Source: Candidatus Eiseniibacteriota bacterium
GTDB taxonomy: Bacteria; Eisenbacteria; RBG-16-71-46; CAIMUX01; VGJL01
Assembly: GCA_041946735.1 (NCBI GenBank)
Contig: JBHGAY010000001.1
Span: 256,001-320,000 of the forward strand
Length of the DNA: 64,000 nt
Reading direction: 5' to 3'
Translations under genes and position numbers: made by a program
Shown: piece after piece, positions 9,729 through 20,029 of the stretch
How positions within the stretch are numbered: position 1 is the first letter of the stretch
How the letters are laid out: every line of letters begins with the position of its first letter
The notes under the pieces: model-generated
The model's input: only the letters and a program-made list of their open reading frames with translations
Databases searched by the model: none
What the model was told of the DNA's origin: nothing

Positions 9729-11018
9729 ATGCTCCGTTTCCATGGTCGGACCGCCGCAGTGTGTCTCCTGGCCGGTACCGTCTGTTTCTCGCCGGCCCAT
9801 GCCGATCGCACGGACGCCGCCTCGGCTGGACGGCGGCTCACTCTCGCCGAAGCTCGCGAACGAGCGCTCGCCCATAGCCCCGATCTGCTATCGGCCAGAG
9901 CCGCCGCGGCCGCGGCTGCGGGCGCCGCCCGCCAGGCGGGCGCCTGGGCGAATCCGGAGTTCGAGATCGAGGCGGAGGAGTTCGGCGGCGATCGGCCGGG
10001 ATGGGACGAGGCGGAGCTGACGTGGAGCCTCACGCAGCGCCTCGAGCTGTTCGGCACGCGTGGCACGCGGGCGCGGGCCGCCCGGCACCTGCAAGACGCA
10101 GCGGCATCGTCGGCCGACGCGGCCCGCCTCGACCTCTTGGCGGAAGTCGACCGCCGTTTCGCCGACGCGCTGCTCGCCCGCTCTCGCGTCGAGGCTTTCG
10201 AGGAAACCGATAGCGTCGCGGCGGAGGCGGTGCGCGCCGTCACGGCCCTCGTCGAAGCCGGCGAGGAATCCCCGATCGAGATCGACAGGACCGAAGCGGA
10301 GCGGAGCCTCGCCTCGAGCCGGCTACGAACCGCCCGCTTCGAACACGCGAGCGCCCTTCGGTCCCTCGCCCGGCTTTGGGGAGCCCTCGAGCCGGACTTC
10401 GACGGCGTCGAGGGCTCGCTCGAGACGGTCGCCGGCGGCCTCGGCACCCTCGACTCGCTCGCGATGCGTGGAAACGGCCTGCCCGATCTCCGCCGCGCCG
10501 AATCCGAGGTCCGGCGCGCGGAGGCGGAGGTGCGCTTCTCGCAGCGGTCGCGGCTCCCCGATCTCGCTGTCCGGGGAGGATGGAAACAGCTCCGCGCGAA
10601 CGGCGAGCACAGCTACGTCGGCAGCCTTGCATGGACGCTGCCTCTGCTCGACCGGCGCGGCGGCGCGATCGAGGAAGCCAAGGCCCGGCTCGAGCAGGCG
10701 CGGGCCGAGCGCGAGGCGACCGAGAGCCGGATCGCGCTGGCGCGCGCGACCGCCCAGGAAGAGCTGGCGGCGGCGCAGGAAGCGTCGCGCGCTCTCCGGG
10801 AAGGGAGCCTCCGGCGCGCCGAGGCGGTCCACGCCGCAGTGCAGGAAGGCTACCAGCGCGGGAAGTTCCGGCTCCTCGACCTGATCGACGCGCGCCGCTT
10901 CCTGCTGCAAACGAGGCTCGAGTATCTCGATGCGATGCGCTCCGTCTGGGTCGCGCGCGCCGAGCTCGAGCGATGGACAGGAGAAGGAATGGCCGGAACG
11001 AGAGGAGAATCGCGATGA
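9729..11018 (+). CDS. czcC: TolC-family outer membrane efflux protein (CzcC-like)
   Basis: LTLAEA..ALAHSPDL, WANPEF, LSQRLEL-like, LPLLDR, GYQRGKFRLLDLIDARR; first of OMF-MFP-RND triad. Confidence 0.88.
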   Translation: MLRFHGRTAAVCLLAGTVCFSPAHADRTDAASAGRRLTLAEARERALAHSPDLLSARAAAAAAAGAARQAGAWANPEFEIEAEEFGGDRPGWDEAELTWSLTQRLELFGTRGTRARAARHLQDAAASSADAARLDLLAEVDRRFADALLARSRVEAFEETDSVAAEAVRAVTALVEAGEESPIEIDRTEAERSLASSRLRTARFEHASALRSLARLWGALEPDFDGVEGSLETVAGGLGTLDSLAMRGNGLPDLRRAESEVRRAEAEVRFSQRSRLPDLAVRGGWKQLRANGEHSYVGSLAWTLPLLDRRGGAIEEAKARLEQARAEREATESRIALARATAQEELAAAQEASRALREGSLRRAEAVHAAVQEGYQRGKFRLLDLIDARRFLLQTRLEYLDAMRSVWVARAELERWTGEGMAGTRGESR

Positions 11019-12469
11019 CGCTCCATCGATGGATCCCCACCGGGAGGATTTCGCTCCTTGCTCTCTTCGCCCTGCCCCTGAGCCTCCTGGCCTTGGGATG
11101 CGGCCGGGAAGCCGGAGACCTCGCACGGGCGGAGTCTCCTGCGGACGGGCGCGCCGTTCCCGCCGGCGAGCCAAACCCCGGACACGGCGACGGACACGGC
11201 GACGGCCACGGCGACGCGAATGGCGACGCGCATGTCCACGAGCATGGCGAGGAGGGCGAGGAGGGCGAGGCCTCCGACCTGGACCGTTCCGTCGACGAGC
11301 TGATGAGCCTCCGCTGCGAGCACGAAAGGCCCACCTACACCTGCGACGAGTGCCGGTACGAGGTCGGAATGGTCAAGGTGGCGCCCGACCTGCTCGATGA
11401 GGACGGCCCGCTGCAGACCGCACGGGCGACGCGCCGGGCGACGGAAGAGTCGATGGCGCACAACGGCGAGGTCCGTCTGAACGAGGAGCGCGCCGCGTGG
11501 CTCAGTCCCCGAGCGCCCGGGACGGTGCGTTCCATCCTCGTCGACATCGGTTCTCACGTCCGGCGCGGGCAGGTCCTCTTCACCGTCGACAGCCCGGAGT
11601 TCGGAGAGGCCCGCTCCGCGTATCGGATCGCGCGCGCTTCGCTGAAACTCGCCGAGGAGACGCTCGAGCGGGAGCGGGAGCTTTACGAAAGGAAGGTCTG
11701 CCCTCGGAAAGACCTCCTCGAGGCGGAGGCGGCGCGCGACGAGGCGGCCGCCACGGTGCAGGCGGCCGAGGAGCGGCTGCTCGCGAGCGGCCTGACCGGC
11801 GAGGAGATCGCGCGGCTCGCCGGCGGTATGTCCACTTCTTCCGCCGGTTCGTCCGCTTCCTCCGCCGCCATGCCGGTCATCGCGCCTTTCGACGGGACCG
11901 TGCTCGAGCGGAACCTCGGCATCGGCGCGCTCGTGCAGCCGGGACAGAATCTCCTCCTGCTCGCCGACACCTCGGAGATGTGGGTCTGGACCAGCCTCTA
12001 CGAGCGCGAGATCCCGGGTGTGCTCCGCGAGCAGGCTCGCGGAACGATCCAGGCGCATGTCGAGATCCCGGCGTACCCGGGGCGTGTCTTCACGGGCCGG
12101 CTGGAGCGCATGAGCGGGACCGTCGACGAGGCGACCCGGACCGCGAAGGTCCGCGTCGTCGTCGACAACCGCGAGGGCCTGCTGCGCGCCGGGATGTTCG
12201 CGCGGGTGCAGCTGGCGGGCGGCTCTTCGTCGCAGGCCCTGGCCGTCCCGGCCGACGCGGTCCTCGAGGACGAAGGGCGCGTGTTCGTGTTCGTTCCCGC
12301 CGAGCCGCCCTATTTCATCCGCCGTCCCGTTCTCGTCGGCCGCCGCTGGCACGACTGGGTCGAGGTGACGCAGGGGCTCGAGGAAAACGAGATCGTGGTC
12401 AGCCGCGGCGCGTTCGCGCTGAAGTCGGACGTCCTTCGCTCGAAGATGGGCGCCGGCTGCGCGGACTGA
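11015..12469 (+). CDS. czcB: Efflux RND periplasmic adaptor subunit (CzcB/CusB-like) with His/Cys-rich N-terminus
   Basis: LGC lipobox-like motif, SPRAPG, APFDGTV, VDEATRT, LLRAGMF, LAVPADAV; ATGA overlap with czcC. Confidence 0.9.
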   Translation: MTLHRWIPTGRISLLALFALPLSLLALGCGREAGDLARAESPADGRAVPAGEPNPGHGDGHGDGHGDANGDAHVHEHGEEGEEGEASDLDRSVDELMSLRCEHERPTYTCDECRYEVGMVKVAPDLLDEDGPLQTARATRRATEESMAHNGEVRLNEERAAWLSPRAPGTVRSILVDIGSHVRRGQVLFTVDSPEFGEARSAYRIARASLKLAEETLERERELYERKVCPRKDLLEAEAARDEAAATVQAAEERLLASGLTGEEIARLAGGMSTSSAGSSASSAAMPVIAPFDGTVLERNLGIGALVQPGQNLLLLADTSEMWVWTSLYEREIPGVLREQARGTIQAHVEIPAYPGRVFTGRLERMSGTVDEATRTAKVRVVVDNREGLLRAGMFARVQLAGGSSSQALAVPADAVLEDEGRVFVFVPAEPPYFIRRPVLVGRRWHDWVEVTQGLEENEIVVSRGAFALKSDVLRSKMGAGCAD

Positions 12470-12498
12470 GACGGAGCCGGGGCTCAGGGGGCAATCGA

Positions 12499-15400
12499 AT
12501 GACGAGCTTCTTCGTCTTTCTCCTTCGGAAGAGATGGTCGGTCCTCGGGGCCGGAGCGCTCCTCGCGATCGTGGGCGTGATCGCCTGGACGAGGCTTCCG
12601 GTCGACGCCTTCCCCGACGTGACGAACATTCAGGTGATGGTGCTGACGAAGGCGCCGGGCCTCTCGACCGAGGAGTGCGAGTCGCGCATCACCTATCCTA
12701 TCGAACAGCAGATGGGGGGACTTCCCCGCGTGCGGCTCGTCCGGTCGCTCTCGCGCGCCGGCCTCTCGCAGGTGGTGGTCGTCTTCGAGGACTCCGTCGA
12801 CCCCTACTTCGCGAGGCAGGTGGTTCTCGAGCGCCTGCAGGAGGCGAGGGACGCGCTGCCGGAGGGGCTCGAGCCCGAGCTGGCCCCTCTGAGCACCGGC
12901 CTGGGCGAGATCTTCCAGTACACGGTCGAGGGGGAGGGTCTGAGCGCGATGGAGCGCCGGACGATCCAGGACTGGCTGATCGCGCCCCAGCTGCGAACGA
13001 TCCCCGGCGTCACCGAGGTCAACAGCTTCGGAGGTCTCGCGCGGCAATACGAGGTGCGGGTCCATCCGGAGAAGCTCGTCGAGTACGGCCTTGCCCTCCG
13101 CGACGTGATCGATGCGGTCCAGGCGAACAATGCGAACGCCGGGGCCGGCTACATCCTCGCGGGATGGGAGCAGTACTACGTCGTCGGCAAGGGGAGCTTC
13201 GCTTCCATCGGGGACATCGAAGCGGTCGTGCTGAAGGCGAGCGACGGGACTCCCGTCTTCCTGCGTGACGTCGCCGACGTCGGGATCGGCGCCGTGACGC
13301 GGCAGGGAGCGGTCACGCGCGACGCCAAGGGGGAGACGGTGGCGGGGATGGCGATCATGCTCCGCGGAGAGAACTCCAAGACCGTCGTCGAGCGCGTGAA
13401 GGAGGCGGTCCGGCACATCGAGGCCGGCTTGCCGGAGGGAGCGCGGATCGACGTCTTCTACGACCGCACCGAGCTGATCGAGGCCTGTCTCGAGACGGTG
13501 ATGGACGCGCTGCTCATGGGCGCCGTCTTCGTCATCCTCGTCCTGTTCCTCTTCCTCGCCGAGCTGCGGACGGCGCTGATCGTCGTGCTGTCGCTGCCGA
13601 TCACCTTCCTCTTCACCTTCGTCCTGATGCGGCCGCTCGGCATCTCGGCCAACCTGATGAGCCTGGGCGGGCTCGCCTTCTCCGTCGGTATGGTCGTCGA
13701 CGCCTCGATCGTCATCGTCGAGAACATCCGCCGCCACCTGGCGGAGCACGGGGCGCGCGAGACCCGCCGGTCCGCCGTGCTTTCTGCCCTCTCGGAGGTC
13801 GCCCGGCCCGTCGCCTTCTCCGTGCTCATCATCGCTCTCGTCCTGGTTCCGCTCTTCACGCTGCAGGGAGTCGAGGGGAAGATGTTCCATCCTCTCGCCC
13901 TGACGTTGCTCCTCGCTCTGCTCACCTCGCTCGCCGTCGCGCTGGTTCTCGTCCCGCCGCTCTCCGAGTGGCTGCTGCGAGCGAGCGCGGAGCGGGAGTT
14001 CGGCTTCGTCCGCCGCTTTCATCACGGCTACGTCCGATTCCTCGACCGCGCGATCCACCGTCCGAAGTGGACCATCGGGATCGCGCTCGGCGTGCTTCTC
14101 GCCGCCGCCGGGTTCGTCCCCCTCCTCGGGATGGAGTTCCTTCCGACGCTCGACGAGGGGGCGATCGCGATCAACGTGGTGCGGCTGCCCAACGCCTCGC
14201 TCGATGGATCCGTCGTGATCGCTCAGGAGATGGAGAAGCGCCTGCTGCGCTTCCCCGAGGTCGCCACGGTCGTGACGAAGACCGGCCGGGCGGAGATCTC
14301 CGAGGACCCGATGGGCCCCGAGCAGAGCGACGTCTTCGTGATGCTCCGGCCGCGCGACGAGTGGCGGAGCGGCCGGAACAAGCAGGAGCTGATCGAGGCG
14401 ATGCAGCAGGATCTCTCAGCGATTCCCGGCCTGCGGCTCTCCTTCTCGCAGCCGATCGCGTTACGCGTCAACGAGCTGATCTCCGGCGTGAAGAGCGACC
14501 TGGCGGTCAAGGTGTTCGGCCCGGACCTGGATCTGCTGAAGGAGCGAGCGGACGAGATCGCGACCGTGCTGAACGGGGTGCGGGGCGCGCAGGACGTGAA
14601 GGTGGAACAGATCTCGGGAATGTCCCAGGAGATCATCGATCTGGACCGCCAGGCGATGGCGCGCTACGCGCTGAACGCCGCGGACGTGAACGAGCTGCTC
14701 GAAACCGGCGTCGCCGGCCGGGAGGTGAGCACCTTCCTCGAGGGACAGCAAAGGTTCCCGATCTCCGTCCGATTCGCGGAGGGCTCGCGCGACCGCGTCG
14801 AAGCCCTGCAGGCGCTCCTCGTGCCGGCGCCGGGCGGCGAGCGGGTTCCGCTGGGACAGATCGGCCGGATCGTCCGCACGGACGGTCCCGCGCAGGTGAG
14901 CCGCGAGAACGGGATGCGCCGCGTGGTGGTGGAAGCGAACGTGCGCGGGCGGGACCTGGGGGGATTCGTCTCGGAAGTCCAGCGGGAGCTGCGGGAAATC
15001 GAACGGTCGCTGCCCCCGGGATACTTCGTGAGCTACGGGGGGCAGTTCGAGAACCAGCAGCGCGCGATGCGGCAGCTGGCGATCGTGGTCCCGATCGTCC
15101 TGCTCCTGATCGCGGTGCTGCTCCATGCCGCGCTCGGCTCGATCCGCAACTCCGCTCTCGTGATCCTCAACTTGCCGTTCGCCCTGATCGGAGGGGTCGT
15201 GGCGGCGGTGGCGTTCCGGATGCATCTGTCCGTCTCGGCGGCCGTGGCGTTCATCGTCCTACTGGGGATCGCGGTGCAGAACGGCGTCGTCCTGCTCGCC
15301 TTCTTCCGCCAGTTGAAGGAGGCGGGGCGAAGCGCGCGCGAGACCGTTCTCGAGGGATGCCGCCTGCGTTTCAAGCCGCTCTTCATGACGGCGCTGGTCA

Positions 15401-15606
15401 GCTTCATCGGACATCTGCCGATGCTCTACGCCACCGGGTCGGGGGCCGACATCCAGAAACCGCTCGCCGTCGTCGTGATGGGCGGGCTCGTTACCTCGAC
15501 CCTGCTCACCCTGGTCGTGCTCCCGGCGGTCTACTACTGGCTGGAGACCCGGAGGCCCGCGCAAGCGGCTGTGCCGGCGGCGCGCGCGCGCGTCGCCGCC
15601 GACTAG
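12499..15606 (+). CDS. czcA: CusA/CzcA family heavy-metal efflux RND transporter
   Basis: LPVDAFPDVTNIQV, STGLGEIFQY, NLMSLGGLA..GMVVDASIVIVEN, EGKMFHPLA, QKPLAVVVMGGL. Confidence 0.95.
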   Translation: MTSFFVFLLRKRWSVLGAGALLAIVGVIAWTRLPVDAFPDVTNIQVMVLTKAPGLSTEECESRITYPIEQQMGGLPRVRLVRSLSRAGLSQVVVVFEDSVDPYFARQVVLERLQEARDALPEGLEPELAPLSTGLGEIFQYTVEGEGLSAMERRTIQDWLIAPQLRTIPGVTEVNSFGGLARQYEVRVHPEKLVEYGLALRDVIDAVQANNANAGAGYILAGWEQYYVVGKGSFASIGDIEAVVLKASDGTPVFLRDVADVGIGAVTRQGAVTRDAKGETVAGMAIMLRGENSKTVVERVKEAVRHIEAGLPEGARIDVFYDRTELIEACLETVMDALLMGAVFVILVLFLFLAELRTALIVVLSLPITFLFTFVLMRPLGISANLMSLGGLAFSVGMVVDASIVIVENIRRHLAEHGARETRRSAVLSALSEVARPVAFSVLIIALVLVPLFTLQGVEGKMFHPLALTLLLALLTSLAVALVLVPPLSEWLLRASAEREFGFVRRFHHGYVRFLDRAIHRPKWTIGIALGVLLAAAGFVPLLGMEFLPTLDEGAIAINVVRLPNASLDGSVVIAQEMEKRLLRFPEVATVVTKTGRAEISEDPMGPEQSDVFVMLRPRDEWRSGRNKQELIEAMQQDLSAIPGLRLSFSQPIALRVNELISGVKSDLAVKVFGPDLDLLKERADEIATVLNGVRGAQDVKVEQISGMSQEIIDLDRQAMARYALNAADVNELLETGVAGREVSTFLEGQQRFPISVRFAEGSRDRVEALQALLVPAPGGERVPLGQIGRIVRTDGPAQVSRENGMRRVVVEANVRGRDLGGFVSEVQRELREIERSLPPGYFVSYGGQFENQQRAMRQLAIVVPIVLLLIAVLLHAALGSIRNSALVILNLPFALIGGVVAAVAFRMHLSVSAAVAFIVLLGIAVQNGVVLLAFFRQLKEAGRSARETVLEGCRLRFKPLFMTALVSFIGHLPMLYATGSGADIQKPLAVVVMGGLVTSTLLTLVVLPAVYYWLETRRPAQAAVPAARARVAAD

Positions 15607-15645
15607 TAGGCGATAGCTCGGGGCGGCGGGCGCGGTCGCTTCCCG

Positions 15646-16029
15646 CTACGCCGCCCGCTTCGACTCGGAAATCGCGTGGTCGACGAGGACGAGCAGCGTC
15701 TTGGGATCGTAGGGCTTGGTCAGGTAGTGGCGGATCCCGCGATGGAACGCCTTCATCTGGGACTTCTCTTGCGTGTCGGCCGTCAGGAAGATCACCGGAA
15801 GGTTCGCCATCCCCTCTTCGCGGAGCGCGTCGAGGACGGCGAAGGCGTTGCCCTGGGGCATGTTGATGTCGAGGATGGCGAGGTCGGGCTTCTCCGCACG
15901 GATCGCCTCGATCGCCTCCCGTCCATCCGAAGCTTCCACGACCTCGTATCCGGCCGATTCCAAGCGGATGCGGAGGGCGAGCAGGATATCGGGATCATCA
16001 TCGGCGACGAGCACTCTCCGGCGGTTCAT
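15646..16029 (-). CDS. Single-domain response regulator (receiver)
   Basis: VLVADDD, DLAILDINMP, IFLTA, YLTKP; start 16029 after AAGGAG, overlaps kinase stop. Confidence 0.92.
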   Translation of the reverse strand: MNRRRVLVADDDPDILLALRIRLESAGYEVVEASDGREAIEAIRAEKPDLAILDINMPQGNAFAVLDALREEGMANLPVIFLTADTQEKSQMKAFHRGIRHYLTKPYDPKTLLVLVDHAISESKRAA

Positions 16030-17336
16030 CGTGACTCCTTCGGCTGGAACCATCTCTGGAGGATCGCCTCCGCCATCGACTCGGCCCCGCCGAAGTCGTC
16101 GGAGTGGAGGCGCCCTGCGTTCTCTTCCCAGTCGACCTGGATCCCCGACTGGAAGCACAAGCGCTCGGAGAGCGTGCGGAGGATCCCTTCGATCGAGGAC
16201 TCCAATCGCGAACGGCTCCCCGGAAGCAGGAAGCAGATCGCCGCGTCCGATCGCGAGGCGCAGCCGCCGAGCACGACGTCCTGCACCCCCATCGTGCGCG
16301 TGAGGATCTCGCGGGCGCGCGCGAGCGCCTCCTGGCGGGAGGCGCGCACCGCCCCGCGGCAGGCCCGCATCTCGGCCCGGACGAACCCGATCCCGCCGAC
16401 CCGGCCGAGCGGCGAAGCGGATCCTTCCAGGATCAAACCGGTCAGCATCCGGCGGGGATCGAAGCGCGGGAACGAGAGCACGACCTCCGTGCCCCGTCCC
16501 GGCCGCGAACGCACTCGAATCCTTCCACCATGCAGCTCGACGATCTCCTTCACGATCGACAGGCCCAGCCCGAGGCCGCTCGTGCCGCCCGCCTGATCTC
16601 CCCGGTAGAAGCGCCGGAAGAGATTCCGGCGCGTTGCGGGATCGATGCCGAGCCCGTCGTCCTTGACGCGGATCTCGACGAACGGCCCGCACGCGCGCGC
16701 CCGCACCCGGATCGAGACAGCGTTCCTCGAGTACTTGACCGCGTTGTCGACCAGGTTGCGGACCGCTTCGAGCACCCTGTCCGAATCGACGAAGACGTCC
16801 GGCAGGCCGCGCGCGACCGCCACCTCGAGCTGCACCGTCTTGCCGCGGGGCGGCGCCTTCTGCATCAGCGCGTCCGGCGAAAGGACGCCGGCGAGCGCCA
16901 CGCAGCGACGCGCGAGATGGAGGTTGCCTTCCTGCATCCGCGCGAGGACGAGGAGATGCTCGATCATCTCGGAAAGGGTGTCGGCGTTGCGCAGGGCGAT
17001 CCCGAGGTACTCCTGCTGCAACCCGCTCAGAGGCCCGGCGAGGCCGTCGAGGACGATCGAGAGGAACTCCCGGAGTCCCGTCAGGGGCGTGCGGAGGTCA
17101 TGGGAGACGCTGGCGAGGATTTCGAACGGCAGCGAGGGGAGCGCGCCGCTCGCGTCGCCGGCCGCCGGGATGTCGCCCGCCCGCGCGGCGGCTCTTCCCC
17201 GGCCTTCGGCGCCTCGGCACTTCTCTTCGCGGCCCCGCCGCTTCTCCGGCGATCCCGCCCTGCCCGCGCTTTCCTTCGTCGCGAGGAGCGCGGAGGCGAG
17301 GTCCTTTGCCTCCTGCTCCGTCCACCACGCCGTCAT
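16026..17336 (-). CDS. Cytoplasmic sensor histidine kinase with C-terminal degenerate GGDEF-like extension
   Basis: SHDLRTPL H-box, NLVDNAVKY, DDGLGI, FRRFYR, GLGLGLSIVK; start uncertain (17336 or 17414). Confidence 0.85.
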   Translation of the reverse strand: MTAWWTEQEAKDLASALLATKESAGRAGSPEKRRGREEKCRGAEGRGRAAARAGDIPAAGDASGALPSLPFEILASVSHDLRTPLTGLREFLSIVLDGLAGPLSGLQQEYLGIALRNADTLSEMIEHLLVLARMQEGNLHLARRCVALAGVLSPDALMQKAPPRGKTVQLEVAVARGLPDVFVDSDRVLEAVRNLVDNAVKYSRNAVSIRVRARACGPFVEIRVKDDGLGIDPATRRNLFRRFYRGDQAGGTSGLGLGLSIVKEIVELHGGRIRVRSRPGRGTEVVLSFPRFDPRRMLTGLILEGSASPLGRVGGIGFVRAEMRACRGAVRASRQEALARAREILTRTMGVQDVVLGGCASRSDAAICFLLPGSRSRLESSIEGILRTLSERLCFQSGIQVDWEENAGRLHSDDFGGAESMAEAILQRWFQPKESR

Positions 17337-17461
17337 CCTCGGCCTTCCTCGGGAGCCGGAACTTCTGCGACTCCCGATGGATCTTTCGGCCGATCGGACC
17401 GGTCTCTTGAGCATCGATCGGGTGGGATTCCCCGGAACGCGGCGAGTAGCCAGCGGCCGCG

Positions 17462-17563
17462 CCGCGCCGGCGGCCGGACCGCGCCGGCGGCCGGACCGCG
17501 CCGGCGGCCGGACCGCGCCGGCGGCCAGGCTGCTCCGGCGGCCGGACTGCTCCGGCGGCCGGG
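17462..17563. repeat. 17-bp tandem repeat x6 (CCGCGCCGGCGGCCGGA)
   Basis: Three perfect and three variant units read directly. Confidence 0.9.
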
Positions 17564-17596
17564 TCGCGCGCGGCGCCGGCATGGCCGGCCATCCTT

Positions 17597-17965
17597 TCAG
17601 GCCGCGGGATTCAGAACTTGAGTGAGCAGATCTAGGAGCGCCTTGCGGCCGAACGGGAGCGTCAGCGTCGGCAGTCCTTCGGGAAACGGATTCTCCAACG
17701 GGAGCAGATGAGCGGAGACCAGCACGACCGGGATGCCGAGAGCGCGCGCTTGCCGGGCCAAGTCGGCGCCTCCCGAATCGGCGAGGTCGAAATCGAGAAT
17801 GCAGACGTCGGGATGGAGCCGCTCGATCCCGGCTCGAAGGGTGGCCACTTCCTCGTGGAGCGAGACCTTTGCCTCTTCGCGTTCGAGCCGGCGGCGGAGA
17901 GCCTCGCGGAAGCCTGGATCGTGCACGGCACCCGCCACGACCCGACCCCGAAGCCTCGAACCCAT
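17597..17965 (-). CDS. Atypical single-domain response regulator receiver
   Basis: PDVCILDFDL, IPVVLVSA, LTLPFG (Lys replaced); AGGAAGGAG SD upstream of ATG 17965. Confidence 0.75.
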   Translation of the reverse strand: MGSRLRGRVVAGAVHDPGFREALRRRLEREEAKVSLHEEVATLRAGIERLHPDVCILDFDLADSGGADLARQARALGIPVVLVSAHLLPLENPFPEGLPTLTLPFGRKALLDLLTQVLNPAA

Positions 17966-17997
17966 GGGTTTTCTCTCTCCTTCCTGTGAGCCTTGTC

Positions 17998-18013
17998 GCA
18001 GGGGTCGTGCCAA
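17998..18013 (-). promoter_or_regulatory. sigma54 (-24/-12) promoter
   Basis: Minus strand TTGGCACGACCCCTGC (GG-N10-GC) ~30 nt before receiver gene. Confidence 0.75.
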
Positions 18014-18116
18014 CGCGGCCGGCCCGCGCGGCCGAAGCGGGACTCGCGCATTTCCAGCCGTTTCGGGGCGGGTCGAGCCCTAGGGGCCCACGAGGGAGGC
18101 GCGCAGGAGGCGAAGG

Positions 18117-18166
18117 CGTCCCGATCGGGGGACGATCCGAAGCGGGAGGGTCGCGCGACCGGGACG
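18117..18166. promoter_or_regulatory. Putative bEBP enhancer palindromes CGTCCC-N6-GGGACG (18117-18134) and GGTCGC-N6-GGGACG (18149-18166)
   Basis: Palindrome ~105-150 bp upstream of sigma54 site; same motif at 24101. Confidence 0.55.
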
Positions 18167-18232
18167 TGGAGGAGGCGGGGTGCCGGAATCGATTCGACGA
18201 ACGCGATCCGACATGGAGGGACTGCGGCGGAT

Positions 18233-18313
18233 AGCTTCGTGCGGAAAGCTCCGTGCGGAAAGCTTCGAGGCAACTTCGAGCGGGGAGCTTCAGGCGGGGA
18301 GCTTCAGGCGGAA
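18233..18313. repeat. Imperfect ~14-bp tandem repeat (AGCTTC..GCGGRR) x5-6
   Basis: agcttcgtgcggaa agctccgtgcggaa ... agcttcaggcgggg agcttcaggcggaa. Confidence 0.75.
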
Positions 18314-18376
18314 TGCAGCGCGTTGGCGCGGAGCGGGCGCGGAGCGCCGGGGTCGACTCCTCCTCTCTCGCGCGTC

Positions 18377-19999
<1,623 letters not shown>

Positions 20000-20029
20000 C
20001 GCTCCCCGTTTCCGCTGCCGCTCCCCGCG

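Noticed and set aside
6494..9877. Very long alternative-frame ORFs (e.g. 6494-9877, 18620-21454, 25663-29010, 57968-60133)
   Set aside because: Arg/Pro/Gly-rich shadow ORFs overlapping clear genes; expected from stop-codon scarcity at high GC
11497..12498. Long N-terminal extension of czcA ORF
   Set aside because: Overlaps czcB in another frame; RND signature starts at ATG 12499
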